A stretch of DNA of 64,000 bases, from the NCBI GenBank assembly GCA_043732185.1, contig JAYTHY010000112.1:32001-96000 (forward strand). Direction: 5' to 3'. Position 1 is the first letter of the stretch. Each line of letters opens with the position of its first letter. This document shows, piece by piece, positions 40,259-49,110 of this stretch. The notes below the pieces were generated by a model. It saw nothing but the letters and a program-made list of their open reading frames with translations. It was not told the DNA's origin and ran no database searches. The position numbers and the translations under genes are program-made. Origin of the DNA: Fibrobacteria bacterium. GTDB taxonomy: Bacteria > Fibrobacterota > Fibrobacteria > UBA11236.

Positions 40259-41488
40259 ATGCAGTTACCTTCAAAAAAAAATCAGGCTCTCGACCGTTCC
40301 AAAAGCCATGCGCTAAAAGCACTGTTCGCATTGGGGGCTGCGGTATTGATGGGGGTTATTTGGGTTAGGACGCCACGCAATTATGGAGAAGAGGTGGCTG
40401 TTTGGAACAATATTGGCGGGTGCGGAAGCAGTGGGGGAGGGGCCGCGGCAGGTGCCGGCAAATGGGTGGGACGCGGCGTGAGCGGAGGATTGGTGGACCT
40501 GGAAATCCTGTCCAATAAAACACTTGGCGGAGATTATCTCTATTCTTCCGTCGCGGGATCCACTACGCTCCATTTCCCTGCCTATCCCGTGTGGACACTG
40601 GGCATTTCCACATCATGGAAATCCAATACGTTTGAATACGAAGGCTATAAAGTTGCAGCAGACCTTACCTCTAGGATGGAAAGAACCACCGGTGGATTCG
40701 GCGATTTGGGATTTTCAGTAAACCGGATTTTTGGTAATGAGAATGAGCACTCGCTGGGACTTTCCGCTTCCTTGCCGACAGGTCAGCATAATATTAAGCG
40801 ACTGCATTTCAAAGGCCAGAATATTGAAGCCGATGACGTCCGTTGGATGAACCCTTTTGTGCAACCAGGCACGGGTTTTTACAACTTGGGACTAAGTTAT
40901 GAATACACAAAAACTAAGGATTGGGGATTGCTGGTTTTTGGTGGAAGTTACAGTTCTGCTTTTGTTTGGGAGAATCAAGGTTGCCGCGACGGTTTGCCAA
41001 GCACGACCTCGGTTAATGATCGGGTACTAAGTTGTCAAGCTGCTAGTCCTTCACCCTTAACGTTTAAAATCTGGCAATTGCGGCATCAACCCTACTTTTT
41101 TGAGAACCCCAATCCGAATTGGGCCAATAGTTATGGGGCTCCCGGTACTGGCGCTACGAGCGCGGATGGTCTGGGTTTCTTTGCCTATATTGGACGCAAG
41201 GAAGAAAGTTCCACTCAAAATATGGGGCTCACTCTATCGGTACCTCTGGCTCCCACCTATTACTGGGAATACGGACCCGGCACAGACAACAGTCGCATGA
41301 GTACCCGCATTCGAACCAATGATTTCACTTTGAAAATCAGTACAGGTTTGGAAATCACCAACCCGAATTTCCCCATTTTTCTGTCCTTGGGTGTTCCTTA
41401 TCGACTCAACGATATTTTCGCCCGGGGACGTTTGGTGGATCCTCAAAATTATATCGGCACGGTTGGCATTCGTGGAACGTTTTTTTAA
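40259..41488 (+). CDS. Putative outer-membrane beta-barrel (GxGD...PTG transporter-like)
   Basis: GGFGDL, SLPTG, QPGTG, terminal strand VGIRGTFF. Confidence 0.55.
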   Translation: MQLPSKKNQALDRSKSHALKALFALGAAVLMGVIWVRTPRNYGEEVAVWNNIGGCGSSGGGAAAGAGKWVGRGVSGGLVDLEILSNKTLGGDYLYSSVAGSTTLHFPAYPVWTLGISTSWKSNTFEYEGYKVAADLTSRMERTTGGFGDLGFSVNRIFGNENEHSLGLSASLPTGQHNIKRLHFKGQNIEADDVRWMNPFVQPGTGFYNLGLSYEYTKTKDWGLLVFGGSYSSAFVWENQGCRDGLPSTTSVNDRVLSCQAASPSPLTFKIWQLRHQPYFFENPNPNWANSYGAPGTGATSADGLGFFAYIGRKEESSTQNMGLTLSVPLAPTYYWEYGPGTDNSRMSTRIRTNDFTLKISTGLEITNPNFPIFLSLGVPYRLNDIFARGRLVDPQNYIGTVGIRGTFF

Positions 41489-41530
41489 GTGCTGCAAAAG
41501 AGAAAAACACATGAGGAAGGATAGAACAGC

Positions 41531-42607
41531 ATGCCGCGTATAGCACTCATTGGCTGCGGTGGATTTATTGGCAGTCATTTTCTGGATGCTTTTCTAAGCG
41601 ACCCCGTTTGGTCCATTGAAGGTTGGGACTGGGAGTGTGGAAAAATCATTCCCCATTTGGACAATCCCGCTTTCACTTTCTACCCTGGGGATGTCTATGC
41701 CTTTCCGGACCTGGAAGATCACCTGGCGAATTGCGACGTCGTCATTAACCTAGCGGCGCTTTGCAACCCTTCCCAATACAATATTCGCGGCATAGATGTG
41801 ATTGAGAGCAATTTCATACACCCCCGGCGCATAGCTGATATATGCGCGCGTAGGGGGAAATGGCTGATTCAGTTTTCTACTAGTGAAGTGTATGGGCAAA
41901 CTTTGGCTCACTGGACCGGAGCTGAAAATCCTGAGCCATCGAGCTATGAATTAGATGAACAAGTTTCGCCGATGTTACTGGGTCCCGTCTCCGGATTGCG
42001 CTGGAGTTATGCTTGCGCCAAGCAGTTATTGGAACGTTATATTTTAGCGTTGCACCAGGAACAAGGGTTGCTCTATACGCTTATCCGGCCTTTTAATTTT
42101 CTGGGGCGGCGCATGGATTTTTTACCTGGTCTCGAGGGTGAGGGGCTGCCTCGGGTATTGGCCTGTTTCACGGCTGCGTTGTTGGAAAAAAGACCCTTAA
42201 GCCTGGTCGATGGCGGCAAAGCCAAAAGGACATTTTTGGCCGTGGAAGAAGCCGTTGCAGCCTTGCGATTGATGTTGGAAAGACCAAGTAAGGCCCATAA
42301 CCAAATTTTCAATCTTGGGCATCCCGGTAATGAAACCACTATCCTTGGATTGGCGGAAAGGATGCGGGAGCTCATGGCGGAATTGACTGAGGATATGAGC
42401 TATCTGCATCATCCATTGGTTTCAGTTTCGGCACATGATTTTTACGGCGCTGGGTATGAGGATTCCGATCGGCGTATGCCACGGGTCGACCGGGCCCGTT
42501 TGCAACTGGGTTGGGAACCGAAAAAAAACTTAAATGAAATCCTTCGCCCTATTTTACGAGACGCTATTGCCACTCACTTGAGTTTGTCCGTCCATAACGC
42601 CCAGTAA
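41531..42607 (+). CDS. NAD-dependent epimerase/dehydratase, UDP-apiose/UDP-xylose synthase-like
   Basis: GCGGFIG, NLAALC, FSTSEVYG, RWSYACAKQL, RMDFLPG..GEG.PRVLACF, FYG.GY.DSD.R. Confidence 0.85.
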   Translation: MPRIALIGCGGFIGSHFLDAFLSDPVWSIEGWDWECGKIIPHLDNPAFTFYPGDVYAFPDLEDHLANCDVVINLAALCNPSQYNIRGIDVIESNFIHPRRIADICARRGKWLIQFSTSEVYGQTLAHWTGAENPEPSSYELDEQVSPMLLGPVSGLRWSYACAKQLLERYILALHQEQGLLYTLIRPFNFLGRRMDFLPGLEGEGLPRVLACFTAALLEKRPLSLVDGGKAKRTFLAVEEAVAALRLMLERPSKAHNQIFNLGHPGNETTILGLAERMRELMAELTEDMSYLHHPLVSVSAHDFYGAGYEDSDRRMPRVDRARLQLGWEPKKNLNEILRPILRDAIATHLSLSVHNAQ

Positions 42608-43020
42608 CGCGTGCGTTTGTCCTTGAAAAAATCGTCTTCGATGGCGCCGGTCCATTTGCTTTCCATGGGGGATAGCACAAGGTTATGAACGTCCCCAACC
42701 TGGAAGGATTTTAAATTTCCGCCGACTAAGCTGTCCAATCCATCTTTGATTTCGGCTCGGGCAAAGCGTGGGTTGTAATGGCCGATCAAAATCTCCGTAT
42801 CCGCATAATTGCCAGCCAGTACTTTCAGCACCTTGTATTTCATAACATAGGCATAGTTGTACAAATCGTTGGCGGGGAAAAGACCGGGAATGTCCACTAA
42901 CTCTGCTTTCACGATTAAGTCGCCATGGATCGGTGGCGTTTTTGGCGCAGGACTTTCCGATTGGTTGCCTTTGCAAGCAAACAGGCAAAATAAAAGAAAA
43001 AAAATTATACGCGTTTTCAA
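42574..43020 (-). CDS. Hypothetical lipoprotein
   Basis: Lipobox LFAC; compact beta-rich domain; 34-nt convergent overlap with the SDR gene. Confidence 0.7.
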   Translation of the reverse strand: MKTRIIFFLLFCLFACKGNQSESPAPKTPPIHGDLIVKAELVDIPGLFPANDLYNYAYVMKYKVLKVLAGNYADTEILIGHYNPRFARAEIKDGLDSLVGGNLKSFQVGDVHNLVLSPMESKWTGAIEDDFFKDKRTRYWALWTDKLK

Positions 43021-43044
43021 AGTAAAAGTATTCTGTGAATCAGA

Positions 43045-44799
43045 TCATCTACCCACGTTTATGAATTTCCGTACAAGAGATCGGTTAGCATTTTGGAATT
43101 GAACATAAAATATTCCGGGCTTCAACCCAGATAGGGGGATGGCTGTATTCAATTGACCGTGGACTGCAGAGGTATATTCGATTCTCCCCTTGAGATCCAC
43201 AATTTGCAGCGTACCGGTTTCAGAATGGTGGAAATCGATTTGCAAAACGTTGTTCTTACAGTTTAAAGTAAGTGATTCTAAATCGGGCTTTATGCCTTGG
43301 ACGGGAGTGGGAAACATTTCGGTTTCCTTGCTGATTTTGTTCAGGGTATACCAAAACTCACCCGTAAATGCAGGAGTGCCTTTTTGGGATACCAAATTCC
43401 GATGAAAGCGAATGCGCACAACCCTGCCTGCTTCCAATCCGTCAATTTGCAAATGAACCTGGGTATTTGTGGCGTTGGCGGTCGCACGAGATACCTTCAG
43501 ACTTTTGCTGTCTATGACCGGTCCACCATAGGCACTGGTGGGTTTATAATACCACGTTTCAACCTGATAATTGTCGACCGAAAGTGCGGAGGGTCCAAAG
43601 GGTTCTGTAAATACCAGGGTAAATCCATTGGCTTTGGAATGCACTTCCAACACTTCAAAGGCTGTTTTATTGTTAAAGACAGCGGCCTGCATTCCAAACT
43701 GATGCCCATTCCAAATCCAAGTGCTGTTACCGGTCGCGCCCAGTCCACCCAGGTACAGTATTCCAGACGAATCCTGAAGCAACCGGTGGATGCCCGCCGA
43801 TTGCCCTGCGCTAAAGTGAAACAAGGCTCCTTGCCAATCGCCTTCCACCTTTTCCAAAGCCGCCCTATGAATATTGCCATAAAAAATATCGCCGATTATG
43901 AATTGGCCTTTATAAGGGCCGTGGGATAAAAGCAGCGGCTGAGTGGGCGACATGGCGCTTTCAATATAAGGAAAGTAAATGGCAGGAGGCGTTTCGATTT
44001 GTTTGCCGTCGAGAGTGTATTGCTGTCCATAGAAACTGGCTTTCTTAACGTGGACCAGTTTACTGGCGGGGTTCCAAGTGCCCTGATTAATCGTTGCGAA
44101 CAACTCGCCTTCTGGTCCCCAGCCCAAGCCATCCGGATTTCGTAACCCAGAGGCGATAAATTCTTTGGTTCCGTCCGTGCTGTTAATTTTCGCAATTACA
44201 GATTCCCAAGGTTCACCCGGATATTGAAATCCACCACCTTGTCCAGAAAAACCCGTGCCCACGTAAAAAAAGCCGTCCTTGTACTGAAGATCGTAAGTGT
44301 ACGTATTTGCAGCAGGCCCAACTCCGCCCACATTTTCACTAACAGAAAAGGTGGTCAAAACTTTCGTAGAATCGGCTATGTGATCGCCATTGGTATCGAT
44401 TAATTTGGTAATAGCCCATTTGTGCGCTACGTAGACTTCGCCTTTCACTACTTTAATTCCCAATGGTTCTAAAATGACCCCATTGTAATATTTTCGAAAA
44501 GTCACTTTCGATTTGTCCAAACCTTTCATACCTTCCAATACCCAAATGCTGCCATCAGACCAATCCCAGTGGGCGAAAACAATGCGATTGCTGTCCAGCC
44601 AGTCCCAGGCCGCAATGCGTAGATTAAAATTTGCCGGCATCAGATCCACGAGATCAATACTCGGGTGCACTTTGGTTAAGGTGCCAATGTTATCCGAGGG
44701 CACCCATTGGGCGTTTACCATTGAGGTTGTAAAGGTGAAAAGCATGGCTACCGCAAGCATCCGTGCAAGGCAGTATGGAATTTTATTGGGAACGCGCAT
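43045..44799 (-). CDS. Secreted beta-propeller protein, distant fourth paralog of the 26.6-32.1 kb trio
   Basis: EPLG, SGLRNPDG, NQGTW.P, DWQGA, LVFTEP, WYTLN; tail GIFYVQ. Confidence 0.75.
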   Translation of the reverse strand: MRVPNKIPYCLARMLAVAMLFTFTTSMVNAQWVPSDNIGTLTKVHPSIDLVDLMPANFNLRIAAWDWLDSNRIVFAHWDWSDGSIWVLEGMKGLDKSKVTFRKYYNGVILEPLGIKVVKGEVYVAHKWAITKLIDTNGDHIADSTKVLTTFSVSENVGGVGPAANTYTYDLQYKDGFFYVGTGFSGQGGGFQYPGEPWESVIAKINSTDGTKEFIASGLRNPDGLGWGPEGELFATINQGTWNPASKLVHVKKASFYGQQYTLDGKQIETPPAIYFPYIESAMSPTQPLLLSHGPYKGQFIIGDIFYGNIHRAALEKVEGDWQGALFHFSAGQSAGIHRLLQDSSGILYLGGLGATGNSTWIWNGHQFGMQAAVFNNKTAFEVLEVHSKANGFTLVFTEPFGPSALSVDNYQVETWYYKPTSAYGGPVIDSKSLKVSRATANATNTQVHLQIDGLEAGRVVRIRFHRNLVSQKGTPAFTGEFWYTLNKISKETEMFPTPVQGIKPDLESLTLNCKNNVLQIDFHHSETGTLQIVDLKGRIEYTSAVHGQLNTAIPLSGLKPGIFYVQFQNANRSLVRKFINVGR

Positions 44800-44831
44800 G
44801 ATTTTACCTTTTTCAAAATATACCCAAAAAA

Positions 44832-44882
44832 GATTTTAATAGTTTGTGATAACCAAATCCTGACGCAATTCCTATTAAAATC
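44832..44882. promoter_or_regulatory. Inverted-repeat element, copy 1
   Basis: GATTTTAATAG-29 nt-CTATTAAAATC perfect 11-bp arms; related copy at 48983. Confidence 0.55.
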
Positions 44883-44957
44883 GGTGCTATTCGCCAAGAA
44901 AACCAAACCAGAATGCCTAGATTGAAGGTTACTTCACTCCTATCCAGCCGGTATAAA

Positions 44958-47804
44958 ATGAGTTCAATATTAACTGGGTTCGCATTTCCAAAGCGATTTA
45001 CAACATCGAAACAATTTTTAATTGCCGTTGCTTTTTTTGCGCAAGGCGTGACAGGACTTCATGCCCAGCCACTATGGGGTACCTCTCCGATTACCCAGCC
45101 CTATCCGTATGTAACCACTGGTGGAATGACCGGTCCTGCGGTTCCAGAATCCCCTGATCCTCTAGTTGCTTATCGCTGGGCAAACCCAAAAGCGACGGAT
45201 GGATTTGAAATTTATTTGCTTAAACCTACAGCCGTATTCACCGCCACTCCAAGTTCTTTTACAAATGCAAATTCCCTGACTGGGTCAGCCCCAAATGTCA
45301 CCGTTAATGGTACGGGTTCTCTTCGATTGGATTTTGGAAGGGAAAATGCGGCTTGGCTCGAATTTGATAGCCCGGATTTAATCGGTAATGTGGAAATGAG
45401 CATTGGAGAAGCCAACCAACCAGGAGTAGGCAAAACCGCTGGTCCGACCAAGATTGGCAATACCTATCGACTGCAATGGAACAGTGAGCTATATGACGGC
45501 GTACGCTTTGGATGGATCACGGTGAAGTCCTTTTCAAGTGCTTGGCATATCACCGGTATACGTTTAGTGTGTCAAACGAAACCGACCAATTACCAAGGAA
45601 GTTTTTCCTCCAGCGATACCATGTTGACCAAGATCTGGTATGTGTGTGCCTATGGAGTGAAATTAAATCTTCTAAAAACCTATTTCGGTGCCATTCTGAT
45701 GGATCGTGGCGATCGTATGTCTTGGACGGGGGATTCACACCCTGCACAAGCGGCATCCTTGGTGGCCTTCGGAAACTATGATTTTATAAAACTGAATATC
45801 GCCAATACTTCAGGACAGAATAATGGCATTGCCAGCTACTCGCTATACTGGGTATTGAGCTTGGTGGACTATTACAACTATTCTGGCGATAGTGCCACAA
45901 TGAGTACCTATATCGCCAACGCCGTCGGCAAACTCGATAATGCCTATGGTGCTGGGGCAGGTTTCGATGGTTGGGACGAACGCTTGGATGCGGGATTTGA
46001 AATGTGGTTTACGGGTGCCAATCAAGAGGTAAAGGATTCCTATAAAATGCTCGTGATCCGAACCTGGATGGAATTTGCGGACGCCATGGGAAAATTCGGA
46101 CGCGCCGATTTACAGGCGAAGTATAGTAAGCTTGCTTCGGATAAAATGACGGCCCTAAGGGTCACGTCCACTTGGTCCTCTGCTTTTGGACTCCATGCGG
46201 CTGCCAGTGCTATCAATACGGGCTTGCTCACGCGTGCGGAGCAAGACAAGCTCGCCGATAAAGAATTTATGGATCGGGTCAACCGAATTTCGATTTCCCA
46301 GTTTAACCAATACTTTATCATCCAGGCCATGGCGCGCTCCAATCGATTTGATGAAGCCATCTCCTCCGCCAAGGATTTGTGGGGTGAGATGATTAAGTAT
46401 GGCGGCACCACTCCGTTTGAAGTGTACCGTCCCACTTGGAACAAAGGAATCGGCGTCAATGGAGCGGTACCGAACACGCAAAGCGGTCTCACCAGTCTGT
46501 GCCATCCTTGGGGATCCGGTCCGGTAAAGTGGCTGAATGAAGAACTGCTTGGCATCAAGCCCACAACACCAGGGTTTAAAACGTATGCCATTATTCCTCA
46601 CTTGGGCCGTTCCTTAACCAGTGTAAAAGGAAAAACGCCCACTTCTTTTGGGGACATCAGTGCCAGTTTTAATATTACTACCGGTGCTTGCCAGATTATT
46701 GCACCTTCGGGAACAGTCGGCAGATTCGGTATACCCAAAGCAGAAAAATTCATTTCGAGTATTGCCATTAATGGGATTACCACATGGGACAACGCTTTTC
46801 ATGCTACAACGGGAATTGGTGGCGCAACCCAGGATTCAGAATACGTATACTTTTCCGCCGTCCAGCCAGGCACTTATAACATAGCCGTTACCTATACCGG
46901 ATCAACGCCCGTTTATAGCGAACCCGCGGAAATTTATCCTGCCCAATTCCTCAAACAAGATTCCACCACTGGCGGAAATTGGGGTGGCGTTTACGGTACA
47001 GAGGGCTATGTGCTCTGTAATTATAATGACGGTGGAGTGGATAAAAAGTCGCTGCCGTCCTATGTTACGTCTGTTAAATATTTCCGAGCCTTTGGCGGGT
47101 CCAATCAGCTTCCAGACAACACATCCTGGGCGGCAAATACCACCGATACCCGAGCCTTGGCCCCCGACTCGACGAACAAGGGTTCCAGAAATTCTCGCGC
47201 TCTGTCCAATGCAGGCAATACCTTTACGTTTACCATAGAAGTCAATGGCGTCCATGATTATCAAGTAGCCCTTTATTTTGTCGATTGGGACAATAAAACC
47301 AGAAGTCATGCTGTAGAAATGTTTGATGCCACTACGTTGAAAATGGTAGCTCCAGTCCAAGTCGTGGAAAATTATCGGGGCGGAAAATACCTCGTGTACA
47401 CGTACAACAAATCAGCAAAATTCAGGCTGGATAAAATACGTGGAGATATCGTACCGCTAAGCGGGATGTTCTTTGGCCCCAAGCCCATTGTCGGCATTGC
47501 CTCGACATTTGATCCGTTGCAAATTACGTCGGCCAAGAACAGCCCCAATCCCTTTCGCGGTAGCACTCAGATAAAATTCATCATAGCCGGAAATAATACC
47601 CCGGTGGATGTTAGCCTACGGGTATATGACATGCACGGCTTACTGGTAAAGCAATTGCTGAATCAGCCTAAGAAATCCGGCGTGTATTCGGTTCGCTGGA
47701 ACGGCGCCAATGAGCAGGGCATTCCGGTATCTCCCGGCACATATATTTATCGGTTGCAGGTTGGTTCGCGACATGAATTAGTGGAAAAGATGATGAAGTT
47801 TTAG
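44958..47804 (+). CDS. Secreted GH78-like (alpha-L-rhamnosidase-type) glycoside hydrolase with extra C-terminal domain and FlgD-Ig tail
   Basis: DRGDRMSWTGD, SLCHPWGSGP, LGIKP..PGF, NSPNPF...GTYIYRL; start moved to 44958. Confidence 0.8.
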   Translation: MSSILTGFAFPKRFTTSKQFLIAVAFFAQGVTGLHAQPLWGTSPITQPYPYVTTGGMTGPAVPESPDPLVAYRWANPKATDGFEIYLLKPTAVFTATPSSFTNANSLTGSAPNVTVNGTGSLRLDFGRENAAWLEFDSPDLIGNVEMSIGEANQPGVGKTAGPTKIGNTYRLQWNSELYDGVRFGWITVKSFSSAWHITGIRLVCQTKPTNYQGSFSSSDTMLTKIWYVCAYGVKLNLLKTYFGAILMDRGDRMSWTGDSHPAQAASLVAFGNYDFIKLNIANTSGQNNGIASYSLYWVLSLVDYYNYSGDSATMSTYIANAVGKLDNAYGAGAGFDGWDERLDAGFEMWFTGANQEVKDSYKMLVIRTWMEFADAMGKFGRADLQAKYSKLASDKMTALRVTSTWSSAFGLHAAASAINTGLLTRAEQDKLADKEFMDRVNRISISQFNQYFIIQAMARSNRFDEAISSAKDLWGEMIKYGGTTPFEVYRPTWNKGIGVNGAVPNTQSGLTSLCHPWGSGPVKWLNEELLGIKPTTPGFKTYAIIPHLGRSLTSVKGKTPTSFGDISASFNITTGACQIIAPSGTVGRFGIPKAEKFISSIAINGITTWDNAFHATTGIGGATQDSEYVYFSAVQPGTYNIAVTYTGSTPVYSEPAEIYPAQFLKQDSTTGGNWGGVYGTEGYVLCNYNDGGVDKKSLPSYVTSVKYFRAFGGSNQLPDNTSWAANTTDTRALAPDSTNKGSRNSRALSNAGNTFTFTIEVNGVHDYQVALYFVDWDNKTRSHAVEMFDATTLKMVAPVQVVENYRGGKYLVYTYNKSAKFRLDKIRGDIVPLSGMFFGPKPIVGIASTFDPLQITSAKNSPNPFRGSTQIKFIIAGNNTPVDVSLRVYDMHGLLVKQLLNQPKKSGVYSVRWNGANEQGIPVSPGTYIYRLQVGSRHELVEKMMKF

Positions 47805-47844
47805 CATCTTGAATCGTATTCGATTGTATTAAAAGGGGATAGTT

Positions 47845-48942
47845 ATGGCATCGTTTGGTAGAAACCGAATGCAAGGGCTGGGGATTATTTTTTTTCTTTT
47901 GATTGGACTAAAAAGTGCACCTGCACAATCCATTGAATTATTATGGCCAACTGGCGCACCCGGAGCGTTGGGCACCAACGATGTGGATAAGCCAGCCGTC
48001 TATTTGTATCCAGCAACGGGTGCAAAGGCCAATGGGGCGGCGGTTGTCATTTGTCCAGGGGGTGGATACTCCTTCTGGGCTGCACCCAATGAGGGATGGC
48101 CGATTGCTGCGTGGATGAACACTTTAGGCGTCTCCGCTTTTGTACTTAAATACCGTTTGGGGCCGACCTATAAACATCCCGTTGAAATGCATGATGCGCA
48201 GCGAGCCATGCGTTGGGTGCGCGCAAATGCCAAGCGCTTCAATATCGATCCCAAGCGTGTGGGCATCATAGGCTTTTCGGCTGGTGGGCATTTGGCCGCA
48301 ACAGTAGCGACGCATTACGATTCCGGCGCACCAGGTGCTGCAGACACCATTGACCGTTTTTCCTGTCGCCCTGACTTTCATATCTTAGGCTATCCTGTTA
48401 TTACCATGGATTTATCCTTTACCCATATGGGCTCGCGTACCGCTTTGCTTGGAAACACGCCATCCCAATTTTTGGTGGATCTGCTGTCCAATGAAAAGCA
48501 GGTGAATGCGAAAACACCACCCGGGTTCTTGACTCATGCAAAAGATGACGGCCTTGTGCCGATAAAAAACAGTCAAGCCTACTTCGATTCCTTGGTCAAA
48601 TTCCATGTGCCTGCCCAATTCAAAATATTCAACACAGGTGGGCATGGGTTTGGACTGGCCACAGGTTTAGGCGGTGCTCCAATCGACACGGTACTGGCTG
48701 GCTGGGCTCCATTGGCGGCTAAATGGTTGGACAGTTTAGGTTTTTTCAAAGCCACTTCAACTTCGGTTTACGGGCAGCAAATTTCCAAATCCAAATCTTC
48801 AGGATTTGGTAAGATCAAGGAAAAGACAAACCCAGCAAACTTGAGCATATGGGAACCCGGCTTTCAATTTGGAAAAGCAGATCGTTCAGCTGGGACATTT
48901 AGCGCCACAGGCCGAGTAAAGGCTCGTTTGATAAAGCGGTAA
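47845..48942 (+). CDS. Secreted alpha/beta hydrolase (carbohydrate esterase-like)
   Basis: CPGGGY, GFSAGG nucleophile elbow, DD.LV, GGHGFG. Confidence 0.88.
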   Translation: MASFGRNRMQGLGIIFFLLIGLKSAPAQSIELLWPTGAPGALGTNDVDKPAVYLYPATGAKANGAAVVICPGGGYSFWAAPNEGWPIAAWMNTLGVSAFVLKYRLGPTYKHPVEMHDAQRAMRWVRANAKRFNIDPKRVGIIGFSAGGHLAATVATHYDSGAPGAADTIDRFSCRPDFHILGYPVITMDLSFTHMGSRTALLGNTPSQFLVDLLSNEKQVNAKTPPGFLTHAKDDGLVPIKNSQAYFDSLVKFHVPAQFKIFNTGGHGFGLATGLGGAPIDTVLAGWAPLAAKWLDSLGFFKATSTSVYGQQISKSKSSGFGKIKEKTNPANLSIWEPGFQFGKADRSAGTFSATGRVKARLIKR

Positions 48943-48982
48943 AACCCTAAAACGAAAAATCGGTCTTGTGTTCTGAAATATG

Positions 48983-49032
48983 GATTAATAGTATTTGATT
49001 CAAGGCGGACCGTGTCGCTATTCCTATTAATC
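48983..49032. promoter_or_regulatory. Inverted-repeat element, copy 2
   Basis: GATTAATAG-32 nt-CTATTAATC perfect 9-bp arms. Confidence 0.55.
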
Positions 49033-49110
49033 GGACCTGAAATTGCCTAGAATTATTTTGCAATTGTCCTAACTTAGGATTGGCGTCTACACATTTTAAG
49101 GTGGTATATT

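Noticed and set aside
49105..49110. TATATT as the -10 element of the 49111 gene (also seen at 21722, 23470 and 44817)
   Set aside because: Directly abuts the ATG with no alternative start; the hexamer is too common in AT-rich spacers to support alone
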